A program made the translations under genes and the position numbers. A stretch of 63,813 nt of DNA, the filler included, from Folioceros fuciformis (taxonomy: Eukaryota), in the NCBI GenBank assembly GCA_049999805.1. It is 9 parts of 9 records of this genome, joined end to end, with 100 filler letters (N's around TTAATTAATTAA, not from the genome) between each part and the next. Parts side by side here need not be neighbours in the genome. Positions count along the whole stretch, not along the records: positions 1 to 11,168 come from JBNGIO010003999.1; positions 11,269 to 21,282 come from JBNGIO010004000.1; 7 more parts are not named here. One strand, 5' to 3'. The notes under the pieces are model-generated. The model was not told the origin of the DNA. It worked only from the letters and a program-made list of their open reading frames with translations, and made no database searches. Positions 1 to 15,700 of the stretch are shown here, piece after piece (the stretch's first letter is position 1; the number at the start of each line of letters is the position of its first letter).

Positions 1-569
1 GGAGGGAAGATTGAGAAGGAAGGGAGGAAGAAGAGGAAGGGGACAAGAAGGGAATGGAGGAGGAAGGGAAAAAAGGGGAAAAAGGCATGGGGGCGGCTGC
101 AACCCCTGCCTCTGGCTCTAGCTAGGGCATGGCCTCCACAGCCGTTCATGCCAGCCAAGCAATCAGCCAGCCTATCGTCAGACCCTGACCCCTGACACTG
201 ACACACCCAGATACCCCTTCCTATGTTCAAAACATTATTATATTATTTTTATTATTTAATATTATTATATTATTATTTAATTATTTAATATTATATATCT
301 TTAACTAATATTAAACTAATCACCCAACCCTATGGCCTGGTACCGAACCTAAACCTTCCCAGCTCTGGGACCAAACCTATACCCACTCTTATAACCAAAC
401 CCACTATTTCTTGGTCAATTAACCCAATTAGCACAAAGAAAAATAGGAAAAATGACCAGAAAATCAAGGAAAATTAGGGAAAATAAGTTGAAAAAGAAAA
501 CCAAACTATACCACTATTAACCCTTTTTCAACCAAAACAAACTACTACCCCAAACTTTGGAGGTTCACA
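1..569 (-). mobile_element. LTR-like terminus, family A (reads TGTGAACCTCC on minus), inserted into a copia gag
   Basis: Near-identical copies at 21383-21664 (minus) and 30863-31439 (plus). All three share the boundary TGTGAACC with different flanks and run into a scaffold or window end. Confidence 0.75.
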
Positions 570-3500
570 CCAATCTTCGCGCAAGAGGTGTGTGGGTAGT
601 TGTAGATGGCTCATCCCCAATACTTGTCCTACCTGCTGCTGGTGCTGCTGCTCCAGCTGGAGGAAATCAAGTGACACAGGATGGTATCGACAAGTGGCAC
701 AACCTGAACAGTATCGCAGTTGCTATATTGATATCTGGCCTTGACGAGGTTCGAATACCTGAATTAGAGTATTTGACGAAAGCTCATGAAATCTGGAAAC
801 AATTGGAAAATACATATGCTGTCAAGACTATGTTGACCTTATGTACAGCAAAGCAGGAATTTTATGCTTTAAGGATGCGAGAGGGTGAGAGTGTGGCTGC
901 CCACACAAGTAAATTCCGTCACCTTCGCTCGCGCCTTGTCCAGCTGAATGCCACCATGACTAAAGAGGACGCAGTCTCGCAACTATTGCTCAGCCTGCCT
1001 GCCTCGTATTAGACTTTTGTTTCACTCTAGAATGTACCCCTCGCATTAGCAGGCCAGAATAGGTTAGCTGGTACCCCAGTTACTCTAACTCTGGAAGGTG
1101 TGATAGCTGCACTTTACTAGGAGGAGCAGAGCCGACTTCGACTGAATCCAAGTGGCTCTGGAGGGAAGACTCGAACGGATAGAGTTTTGTATACCTCGCG
1201 TCCGCGTGGAGGATATGGGCGAGGACGAGGCAGAGGTGGAGGCAGGTTCTTATCTTCTGGACGCCAACAACAACAGCAACAACACGCAAGCTCTTCTTCT
1301 GCTAAGAAACCTGGCAATTGCAACTGGTGTAATACCCCTGGACACTGGGAGAGGGACTGCCATAAAAAGAAAGCAGGAGAACCTTGTCGTCCCAAGCCCG
1401 AAGTCAATTCTATTACCAAGGAGAAACCTTCAAGTTCTGAGGGAGGCAAGGCTGTTGTCAAGATTTTTACTATTTGCCTTTCCTCCTCCTCCACCGACCC
1501 TGGAAGTTGGTATCCTGACTCTAGCGCCACTGCACATATCTGCAAAGACAAACGTATGTTCAATAGTTATAAGGACATCCAGCATACGGATCAAGCAGTT
1601 CTACTTGGCGATGAACAAAAATCAACGAGATTACCGGTTCAGGGTTATGGTACATGCCATTTTGTTATGATTGACAACTCAATTCTCCATGTTCCAGGCA
1701 TCTTATATGTACCTGGTATGGCCAAGAATCTCCTTTCGATCAGATTGCTTGCTATTCACCATAATCTTGAAGTTCGTTTCTTCGGAACATCCTGTGAAGT
1801 CTTTAGACGAGCTACGAGTTCTTGTATTGGTAGAGGAGTTCCTGATGCCGATCTATATCGCCTGGACGCCATTTGTGAGACCCCCTCTACAATCTCTCTA
1901 GCTGCTACTGTCCCTTCAGCTCACCTGCCAAACACAGAACAAGCAAAGTTATGGCATGCTCGCCTTGGGCATGTAAACAAGAACTAATTGATCAAAATTT
2001 CGACTGGAGATTGCTATGCTGAGCCCTTGCCACCTTGCTTTAAAGACTTACCTCTTTGTGAAGCCTGTTTGATTTCTAAACAGAAAGAGAAGTCTTTTCC
2101 AAACTCTGGTTTCCGCTCTTCTGCAGTCCTGGATTTAATTCATACTGATATTTCTGGCAAGCTGCAGACCAAGTCCATTGGAGGCTCTCTATATTACCTG
2201 ACTATTACTGATGATTTCAGTCATTACACCTGGACCTACCCAATGGCTAAAAGGAGTGACACTTTTATCTGTTTCCAAGAGTGGCTTCCTATGGCACAGC
2301 GGCAATTTGGACGTTCTCTCAAGTGCATTCATTTTGACAATGAGACAGAGTTCTGCAACAACTCTTTCGACCAATATCTACAGGATCGCGGCATCATCCG
2401 GCAGCTCACAGCTCCATACACACCACAACAAAACGGACTTGCTGAGCGTAGGAACCAAACACTTATGGGTATGACAAGAAGTATGCTTAACTGGGCACGA
2501 TTCCCTGCTCAGTACTGGGCTGAGGCTATTGTGACAGCGACTTACATACTGAATTGGCTGCTCACGACATCCCTTACAGGCAAGACTCCTTTCGAAATTT
2601 TTTGGGGTCATAAGCCCGGTATCCTCCATCTTCAAGTTTTTGGCTCCATTGCCTTTGCCTACATCCCACAAGCAAAACGTCAGAAGCTAGATGATAGATC
2701 TAGGGCTTTAATGTTTGTAGGCTACAGTGAAGAAGCCAAGGCCTATAAGTTGATTGATCCACTTACCCTTGTTCCTACCCTTACTCGCAATGTTTTTTTT
2801 AAAGAGCTTTTAGGGCCAGGCCCCTCTGGCAAACCGGGTGTTCATGCTGATTCTGACTCCTCTGATGAGGAAGATACTCCTCCAGATACTTCTGATCTGG
2901 ATCCTCAGCCTGTACAGTTTCCGCAAGGGGACCGTGGTCCTGCTCCACCTGCTCCCGTTGCTATTCCACCACCTGATCTTGATCCTGATCCAGATATTGA
3001 TCCTGGTTTTGTTCTTGTCCCCGATCCTGTTGACCTAGAGGCTGATCTACCTGAGCCCGAGCCTGAGCCAGTGTTCCCAGCTCCAGAGGAGGTCCCTGCT
3101 GAACCTCCTGTAGCCGTTGTCCCCCTTGGCGTTATCCTCTTAGAACTCGTCTCCCTCCTTCTCAGTGGACTGAACCTCCTTATAAATCCATTGATTTTTG
3201 CCCTGCTACTCATGCTGCCACTTCTGGCAGCTCCCCTCTTCTCCTTGAGCCTACTTCCATGGACGAAGCTTATTCAGGTCCAGACGCACACCATTGGCAA
3301 GCTGCAGTAGCAGAGGAATACCAATCTATCTTGAAGAATAAGACTTGGGTACTTACATACTTGCCACCTGGTAGAAAAGCTGTGACCTGTAAATGGGTTT
3401 TTAAAACTAAGCTTAACGCTGAAGGTGAAATTGCAAGGTATAAGGCCCGTCTCTGTGCTCGAGATTTTTCCCAAGTCCCCGGTTTGGATTACCAGGAGAC

Positions 3501-4829
3501 TTTCTCACCTGTTGTCCGAGCACAATCTGTCAGGATCCTTTTAGCTGCTGCTGCTGAGTTAAACCTCAAACTACATCAAATGGACGTTTGCACAGCATTT
3601 TTGCATGGAGAAATCGAGGAGGAACTATATATGGAGCAACCTCAAGGCTATGTGGACAAGCATTTCCCTAACAAGGTCCTCAAACTTCTCAGGGCCCTAT
3701 ATGGCTTTAAGCAGAGTGCTATGCTATGGAATAAGAAACTTGACGAGGAACTCAAAGCTCTAGGTTTTGTGCAAAGTGCTGCTGACTCATTTGTTTACTA
3801 TTTGGTCGACGGGGCAGCTTTTTCTACATCCTCGCTGTATATGTAGATGACTGTATGTTTGCCTAGTCCAACTCTGACCTGCTCAACAAAATCAAGGGTC
3901 TTCTTAGCGGCAAGTTTGAGATGAAGGATGTGGGAGCTCTAAAATTTTGTCTTAGTGTTCAAGTACTAAGGAACAAAGATAAAGGGTTTATTGTTATTCA
4001 TCAGAAGAAGTACCTTACTCTGAAGCATTTTGAGCTAGATCAGGCTAGGCCAGTCAGCACTCCAGGTTCTATGGGAGCTAAACTTACCTCTGATCAGTGT
4101 GCCAGTACCCTTGAGGAGATAGCAGACATGGAAAAGGTTCCATACAGACATGCTGTCGGTTGTCTGATTTTTATCTCGAATTGGACACGTCCTGACATAG
4201 CACACTTTGTTCACTGTGTATCCCAATTTCTAGAAAAACCTGGACGCATCCATTGGGCAGCTGTGAAACGAATTTATCGATATCTGAAGGGTACCTTGCA
4301 TTTTGGCCTTTTCTATCAGTCAAATTCTCTTTCTGGACTAACTCTTTCAGCATACACAGATGCAGACTGGGCCTCCAATTCAAATTCACGCAAGAGTTTA
4401 TCAACATACTGTTTTCTTCTAGTCGAAGGAGCTGTTAATTGGTCCTACAAAAAGCAAACATCCATAGCTCTATCATCGATTGAAGCTGATTACATTTCAC
4501 TCACTGACTCAGCAAAGGAGGCTGAATGGGAGTGATCTTACCTGAAGGATGTTCACCTTGAGCAGACAGGCCCCACAACCATCTTCTGTGATAACAACTC
4601 TGCTATTGCTCTCGTTGCGAACCCCCGCTTTCATGCAAGGACGAAGCGTTTTGAGATCAAGCACCACTATATCACAGATATAGTATCAAGAGGAGTGATC
4701 AAAGTCAAGTACATCCCTACAGCTGAGAACACTGCTGATATTTTAACGAAGGCGTTGCCAAAGCTGAAGCATGCTATACACAGAGAGTCCCTTGGGCTCA
4801 AGGACTTCAGCTACCTACTTGGTGAGGTA
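570..4829 (+). mobile_element. Ty1/copia internal gag-pol, degenerate (stops and frameshifts)
   Basis: Gag fragment 570-1012; zinc knuckle CNWCNTPGHWERDC; protease WYPDSSATAH; LWHARLGH; integrase LIHTDI...QQNGLAERRN; RT YKARLCAR, HQMDVCTAFLHG; RNase H AYTDADWA...ADILTKAL. Domain order PR-IN-RT-RH is copia. Confidence 0.95.
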
Positions 4830-5628
4830 TAGACACATGTTTTCTGACCTGGGAGGTGTGTGTGTGTGGGGGGGGGGTGGGGATCTAAATCCCCTGGTCT
4901 TCTTCAAGTTGCTCTTAAGTTACAACTGTAGACCGCAGCCTTCACTAATTACTTCCCTCACAAGACCAATCTCGTGTGTCCTGCGACACAGCACTTCACG
5001 TATGTTAGGTCAGCCAAGTGTTTTTGTCGTTGCATGCCTGCAGGGAAAGCATGGATGAAGCCCATCTTTCTTACCTAGTCTTGTTTTCTCTGCGCCTCTT
5101 CAGTCTGTGGGAGTTTTCTTTGTTTCCTCCTGCCCCACAGTCTTCTCAACTTCTTCCTTCTTTTCCGTCTCATCTTCTGGTAGCAGAGTGTTCACGACTT
5201 CTTCCCATCTGACTCTCATGCCCCTCAAGGAGTCAGCATAATTCTTCTCTCGCAGATCCACGATGTCTTTTTTGTTCACCACTGCTTGGTCTGCTGTTTT
5301 GTATCTATTCCTGACAGTGACGCTCGCTGTCACCTCCACTTCCCATCCGCAGCTAGACATGAGCTGCTGGAAGTTGAAAGGCTTCCATTCCATCTATGTC
5401 TTCAGCTGGTCCTGGTCTGTCTGTGCCCTGGCAGTGTGTCTCGTCTTGGGTCCTGCTGCCTCGAGTCCTCCTTCCGGTCTGTAGCGTCACCCGCTTCTTG
5501 TAGCCATGTTCACTTGCCAGTAGACGAGTGCGGCGACGGCAGTCAGGAGAAGCGTGACCAGTACGAGTGCTTAAGACAAAGCGCCGCCAGGAGAGATCAG
5601 CGAAAGATCGCGCTAAAGGAGAACGCTC

Positions 5629-5821
5629 TGTTATGTTTGTGTACTGTCTAGGTTATGTGGGAGTGACAAAATATACCTTTAGTTAGGTATGTAACCTAGC
5701 CGTACGACAAGTCATTTAGGTTTACATATAAACACATTATTACATTACTCTTTTTTTAATTAATTATTCATTCAATGTTTTTCATGTTTCCTAAGCGCTT
5801 GCTCCAGTGTGCACCTCAACA
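5629..5821 (+). mobile_element. Probable 3' LTR of the upstream copia
   Basis: TGTT...AACA termini, preceded by purine-rich AAAGGAGAA and followed by an unrelated truncated transposase relic. No second copy in the window. Confidence 0.5.
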
Positions 5822-5869
5822 CAATGTCAAGCTGTCTTGACAATAAGCCAGCCCTTCCCATTTTTCTTA

Positions 5870-6400
5870 GTTAGTGTAGGTACTCTTTGCATATTCAATA
5901 TGCAAACAACACTTGGTACTTATTTTCCCTGGATATGTTGTCCAATTGGAGGTACAAAACTATGGGAAGCCCACTTTCATAGCCGTGTATGATGTCCAAG
6001 ATAACACAATTTTTAAGTTTGCATCATTCCTGAGGTTCCTACAATGCAAGAACCCTTTTGCCTAGTACGTATTATTATTATGCATCATGCATGAATAGCG
6101 ATATGACAATCTTCACATAGATTCTTCGACCACCTCAAGAAATGCAGAAGCTATGTTTTCTTCTTGTCCATCCCATCTATAGCCAACAACATGTACTTTT
6201 GAGGCTACTCATAGCTTTTTTTCCAGTGTTTTGACATCTTCACCCACTCTTCCAAACAACCTTTCATGATGGGCATCTAGCACAAATTGGTATTTCTCTA
6301 CACAAAACACAATGGAGCATATGTTAGACCAAGGTTTTATGTTGGCGAGTAGCCTAAACCCACAACACATAGTTCATTCCATACAATGCATCTTTCCAAA
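5870..6400 (-). pseudogene. Degenerate DNA-transposase-like relic (IDGMD / LYLQLDN..RENK family)
   Basis: Manual minus-strand translation gives KYMLLAIDGMDKKKT*LLHF, NDANL and LPIVLYLQLDNISRENKYQVLFAY*, with stops and frameshifts. Confidence 0.6.
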
Positions 6401-8094
6401 ATGGTGGTAGATCACTCCATTGGCTACCAACTGTTCAAGGGCCTATATTACAACACATTCCATATGACCCTACAATCCTCCACATGAGACGACCATTCCT
6501 AGCACCTCCTCACTCCGCTCATATTAGTACCCCAATGTTCGTGCAGAGCAGATGAGAGGAGAAGTAACTGGCCATTGTCAGGCCAGGGCTAAGCATGTCA
6601 TCCCCACACTAAACCTTGCATCCACATCAGTCATCGTTGTGGCCCCTAAAGCAGCAGCCTGCTACAACATGCCTTATAAGTGCCATGCATGGTTCTCACT
6701 AGGCCGCCACAGCCATCACCATGGTGCATCCATTGCTTTGACTTGCTTCACACTAAGTTGCCACATTTAACCTAATAAACTACATTGGAGGGCGCCGACC
6801 AGCCGACACCCTTTGATATATCTTCTTGGGGTAGCAATAGGCATATTCTCCTAGCCAATTGCAAGCCTACCTTCTAAGCTTGTACAGATTCACAATTGAC
6901 ATTCACTTGGTTTGTGTGTTAACTGTGTATTGGTACCATATCCTTGCCACGATGGATGTACAAAAGAGGCAGCGACTAGAAGGACGCCATATGGTGGACG
7001 ATGTCGTGATAAACTGACCCCTCAATGGAATCACCCCTCCAAATACGGTATCTTCCCTCCTCTTATCCTCTTACATAGTGAAAGAAGATTGATAGAATAT
7101 ATGATTAATTAGGGTATTATTCATGTAGGGCATATAGTAAGACCTAAAACCAAGTAATCCTGAATTCTTATGACTAGAGGTAGTCACTATAGTTTGTGGT
7201 AGTAGAATCACCTAAAACCTCCTCTATTTTTGTACTTTTGCATATTCAATTACTCTAAACAATGCTCCACACACTTTTTCCAAGTTTTTGAAGACATGTG
7301 CAAAAGGCCCATCATGTTAGCAAGAGTNNNNNNNNNNNNNNNNNNNNNNNNNNNNNNNNNNNNNNNNNNNNNNNNNNNNNNNNNNNNNNNNNNNNNNNNN
7401 NNNNNNNNNNNNNNNNNNNNNNNNNNNATATCAAGCGTGGTGGATGCGGCTTTAGTGGCCCCGGTGGTAAGTAGGCCATACCTTATACTTGAATGTGATA
7501 TCGTAGGGGCAATAGAGAGTTACAAGCCAGATGGACGAGGGGGTTAGGCCCCCATTCTTGGCTTTTCCCCATGGCGGGTTGTTCCCCTTGTCACGGGGTA
7601 GATGGAACTTCCATCTCTTTTTTTTTTCTATAAAGTCTTTAGGTTTCTTTTGAGCAATTGTATGTTTCTCATAGAAGGAATCCACAATCAAGAGCTATTT
7701 GTAACATTAACCATATCATCTCTAAGTTTTCGCAAGAAATCTACCAAAGCTCCAACATAGACTATTAGTCAAGACATCATTCACTACCTCTGTCTTAGCA
7801 TCGAGGACAAGAACAAGGTTGCAATCATGTCATAGCATGAAGTAGGATGATAAACCAAATTGCGTTACAACCTTGTTTAAGAGTAGGCCATCAAGTAAAC
7901 TAGTCTAGTTCACACCAACGCTAGTTGTAGAGGAATCAAGAGTTTTCTCAACGAGAAGCCACCACATAGGAATGAGTGAAGTCTACTCCTTTGTCACAAG
8001 ATGCAATATGATTTAGCTCAAGCCTTCATTAATTGATTATAACATACTTGAAAGCTATCACATTATCAAATTTTTATGTACCTCAATAATCAAA

Positions 8095-11041
<2,947 letters not shown>

Positions 11042-11168
11042 CTGTTTGGAAATGAAATGTTTGTTAGCCAAGTTTTAGACACACACTGGGGGCGTCATGA
11101 AAAAAAAAACGAAAAAAAAAAAACAATGCTTGAGATTCTCATACATGCTATTTTACAAGCTGACCTAT

Positions 11169-11268
11169 NNNNNNNNNNNNNNNNNNNNNNNNNNNNNNNN
11201 NNNNNNNNNNNNTTAATTAATTAANNNNNNNNNNNNNNNNNNNNNNNNNNNNNNNNNNNNNNNNNNNN
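11169..11268. other. Artificial scaffold linker N44-TTAATTAATTAA-N44 (also 21283-21382, 31440-31539, 42613-42712, 49344-49443, 55167-55266, 61130-61229, 62469-62568)
   Basis: An identical 100-bp spacer with stop codons in all six frames occurs eight times. Confidence 0.97.
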
Positions 11269-11949
11269 GGGGCACCCCGCGGCAAGCTATCCGTCACTAC
11301 TGCCTTTTGCCCCCTCTTGCTCTGCAAATTTGTGAGTATAGCATCTTCAATTGCCAAATTTCTATAATTGGTAAGGAGTTTGAGGAGCAAACCTTCACGA
11401 TCAAATCGGGACGAGGGTGCCCACGTTTGCTCTACCCATACGTCTGTCTTGCTTGGGAATTCATCTTCCGAGTCGTCGGAATCGTGAATTGGGGGAGGAA
11501 GGAGACTTCTAGATGCTTTAGGGACAATGTCGTCTTCTGAAAAACAGTGAATAAAATAGTATGATCTTGGGCTTGAAGGCGGTGAGCAGATGCAATCGCA
11601 GCAAGCACGTAGATGCCCCTGCAATCCTGTAGTCCAGAAGGTCTTAGATCATCGGGTCTTAGGTCGCCAGATTCTCTCCATGGCTTCCTGAAGGCTCGCA
11701 GAAGGAGCTTAGAAGGCAAAGAGAGGGGAGAGGGACCAAACTTAGAAGGCAAAGGGAAGGGAAAGGCGTTGAGCCTCTCCCATGGCCCCTTTTAAGTCTT
11801 ATTGGGGCCTCGTGATGGTTCATATGTGCATCGAACATGCAAGTGTAAAAGGGCCAAAAGAGGTGAGGACGGATAGCCTTGTCTTCAGTAGAAACTCTGG
11901 GGATAGGCACCTTGCCATAGTAGGATTAGGGCCAGGGTGGATGACCTAT

Positions 11950-12297
11950 ATAAAAGCTTTGATAGGCTCTAATACCATGTGATAATCATGATGCACTGTA
12001 TAAAAGCTTTAATAGGCTCTAATACCATGTGAGAATCATGATGCACCCTTGATAGGCTCTAATACCATGTGAGAATCATGATGCACTAAATAAAGCTTTG
12101 ATAGGCTCTAGTACCATGTGAGAATCCTAGCATTAGGATTGCATCTATTGCATCTAGTCTAGCATGATGAAGATATCATGCTCACAAAGATATTTCGTGT
12201 TCATCATTTAAAGTACAAAAGGAGGTGGTCTTAAATACATGCTTGGGTGTCCATTGTGAAAGGGTGCACCCGTTGGCGATAACAATTCGCAATAACA
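11950..12297 (-). mobile_element. Short LTR (12117-12297) followed by four tandem copies of the LTR-end/tRNA-iMet PBS junction
   Basis: Minus strand reads TGTTATTG...TCTCACA, then TGGTA(C/T)TAGAGCCTAT repeated four times in 40-50 bp units. Confidence 0.75.
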
Positions 12298-12519
12298 TAA
12301 CTAAAACTAGTAGACAAGCTTATGAATAGCTTATTTGCTTTCTAACAACACCATATAGTGGTTGGCCTGCCCTTTTCCAAAACAGACACCAAGCAGCACA
12401 TGAGAGTGAGCTATCATTAAAACTCATTCTCGTGCGCCATGGCCTTGACTCAAAGCATCTAGCGTTTGTTAGGAACAACGACCCATTAGCATAAGCCAGC
12501 CTAACTTGAACAGACACGA

Positions 12520-12700
12520 CATTTCCTAAACAGGCTTCTTGTGCCTGGACAATGTCCTTTCTCTACACACTATTTTCACGATGATTCATGAACAAGCTTC
12601 TTGTGCCTAGACAATGTCCTTTCTCTACACACTATTTTCATGATGTTTCCTGAATAGGCCTCTTGTGCCTTGACAATGTTCTTTCTCTACACATTGTTTT
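12520..12700 (+). repeat. About 60-bp tandem repeat x3 in the LTR 3' region
   Basis: CTTGTGCCTnGACAATGTnCTTTCTCTACACA recurs three times just before the LTR end TTTCA at 12722. Confidence 0.85.
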
Positions 12701-12722
12701 CAATTCCATGTCTTCCCTTTCA

Positions 12723-15700
12723 TGGTATCAGAGCCATGAAGTCTGAATTCCATGATTCTGACCACGTCCTTTTAGAAGCTACCATCGTGGACAGGAGATG
12801 ATCTCGTCCTTCTCATAACTGTCCAAGTGGTTCTAGAGGCAGAAAACATAAAACTATCAAAGCACCACAAATAGGTCTATTTGAATTCCAAGTGAGTCTG
12901 TCTCACCCGAAAACTACTCATACACTTCTAAGGCAATTATTCCGCCATCATCAAGCAAGGCCTCATGACCCTGCTTCTCAATTAAATTAAATAGTATTTT
13001 AAGTTACTTAAATGTCATTCACAAACACTAGTATGAAATACATGTTGCTCTCAACCATAATCTAAACCTTTCCTCCTAGATTTCTCCATCTACCATCATG
13101 GCTCTACCTACCAATCGAGCATACCAAATAGATAAACTGACCATATTTAAATGATCATAACTGGTCTAGTAGGATAGAAATGTTACTTCTCCAGAATTCT
13201 TTATAGGAAATTGTAGATAGCACCATTACTCAGCCGGTTTAGGGCCATGCTGACTTACCTCACTGGCTAGCTAAAGACGCACAAGCTAGGTCAGATATTT
13301 TATTGCATCTAGGTGATCAATTGACCTGCATCATCAAAAGGTTACCTACTTCTAAAGATATGTGGGACAAACTTTCAAGTACGTACCAAGAGTCTAGCAT
13401 GGCTTCACGGTTACATGCTCAAGATATGCTTTTTGCCTGCAAGCTAGGTGAAAACCAACCTGTATTAGAATTTCTAGAATCATGGCAAGGATTTCTAGAC
13501 TTCTGCTGCAATTTCTACAGGTCTCAAGTTAGATGAAGAGACTCAAGTCATGCACCTCCTTAGGGCTCTGCCCCCTTCTTGGGGTCCCTTTATTTCTACT
13601 CAAGCGAGTACTTCTAAGACTTTGTCCCTTACCTCTCTTATTGCTCTCATCATGCATGAAGGCATGATGAGGCAATTTAGCTCTTCTACGTCTCTTCCTC
13701 GATAGAGCCCTATGGCCCTTTTTACTAGTGGTAGGAAACCTTGGAGGCCTTGATTTGGCACTGATAAACCACCTCGTTTTCCTCCACCTAATCTTGCACA
13801 TAAAGACAAAGTCTGTCATTATTGTGCCAACGGAGGGCATATTACCCTAGACTGTAGGAAGCGTAAAAGAGATAGGGCTAATGGTGTTGACCTACCTTCT
13901 TCGACTTCCACAACTAAGTAGTTTGCTCATGCTACTAATTCCGCTTTTCTCTTCATGACTCGTACTTTGCCTTTGTCCCAAGCCAATGATGAATGGCTTA
14001 TAGAGCCATTGAGCACACGACCTCACGCTTTTAGTGGTTTCTCACTCTTGAAGGCTTACCAACACCTTTCCTTGTTCAAGTTGGCAGTACTACCACTCTG
14101 CAAGCCACTGGCTAGGGCGTGGTCCAAGTTCAACTACCTATAAATCAAGTGGTTATGATAAGGGACTTTCTTCATGTCCTTGGCTTGGTAATCAATCTGC
14201 TTTCTGTATTCAGGTGCCTTTCACCTTATCAAAGTAGGATTTCCTTCACTCAACAAGGTTGTACCATACATACCTTTTCACGAGAGGGTGACGTTGTGAC
14301 CTTTGCGTGACCTCCCTCAAGCAGATTGTATCCTGTAGCTCGTGGAATACTTCCTAGACCATCGGCTCCTGTTCTCAACTTTAGCACTACCTACTTGCCT
14401 ATGGAATTAGAATAAAAGCTTTGGCATTTACGGCTAGCCCATCATCATCTTAACGACATCAAAAGAATGTCTGAGGAGGACAAGGTTCTTTGCCTTCCTA
14501 ATTCCATTAGAGACATACCTCTCTATAGTGGCTGCGTTCTTGGAAAGCATAAGGTTCACCCTTATCCCCACTCTTCGAGTCGCATCTCCGAGGTTCTCGA
14601 ACTCATCCATGCCGATTTGAGTGGTCTGATGCAAACTATCTCCCTGGGTGGCCATTCGTATCTCTTTCTGCTGTTGGATGATTACAGCCATTACACTTAC
14701 CTCTATTTTCTTCGGCACAAGCACAAAGCCCTAACTACCTTTCGCATGTACAAGGCCCTTGTTGAAAATCTCACAGGCCACACCATCAAAGTCTTGCAAA
14801 CTGACGGTGGTGGAGAGTTTATCGCCTTCAGAGTTTATCACCTTAAAACCCTTTCTCCTTGCTGTGGGTATTCAACATCAAATGGCCACTCCATATTCCC
14901 AGCAGCAGAACGGTAAAGCTGAGAATCGCATAAGATTAGTAGTCATGGTAAATCTGAGAATCGCATAAAAGGAGTAGTCACGGTAAAGCTGAGAATCGCA
15001 TAAAACGAGTAGTCATGGTAAAGCTGAGACTCGCATAAAAGGAGTAGTCATGGTAAAGCCGAGAATCGCATAAAACGAGTAGTCACGGTAAAGCTGAGAA
15101 TCGCATANNNNNNNNNNAAGGAGTAGTCACGGTAAAGCTGAGAATCGCATAAAACGAGTAGTCATGGTAAAGCTGAGACTCGCATAAAACGAGTAGTCAT
15201 GGTAAAGCTGAGAATCGCATAAAAGGAGTAGTCACGGTAAAGCTGAGAATCGCATAAAACGAGTAGTCACGGTAAAGCTGAGAATCGCATAAAACGAGTA
15301 GTCACGGTAAAGCTGAGAATCGCATAAAACGAGTAGTTGAGAATCACACAAAAGGAGTAGTCACGGGTGGCCGCACTAATTTGCTTGTTGCCATATTGCC
15401 TAACTTTCTCTGGGTAGATGCCACCGCTACTACCTGCTATGTCCAGAATCGCTGCAGTCCTGCCTCACTCCCAACTCAAACACCATATGATTGGTGGATT
15501 GGGAGGAAGCCTTCACTCACGAACTTATGCATCTTCGGCTATGATGCCTATCAACATATTTCTTCCAAGCTACGTAAGAAATTTGACCCTGAGTCGAAGA
15601 AGCTGACTTTCATTGGATATGGTGAAGATGAGGGTATCAAAGATACAGATTGCTTGATAGGGCTACTAGACGCATTACTGTGAGCTGTAACGTGATATTT

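Noticed and set aside
11213-11224. Recurrent TTAATTAATTAA palindrome
   Set aside because: It is always centred in a 100-bp N spacer, so it is an assembly linker. Adjacency across these linkers has no biological meaning.
14911-15365. CRISPR-like array of about 35-bp repeats
   Set aside because: The units are head-to-tail with no unique spacers, derive from integrase sequence, and no cas genes are present.
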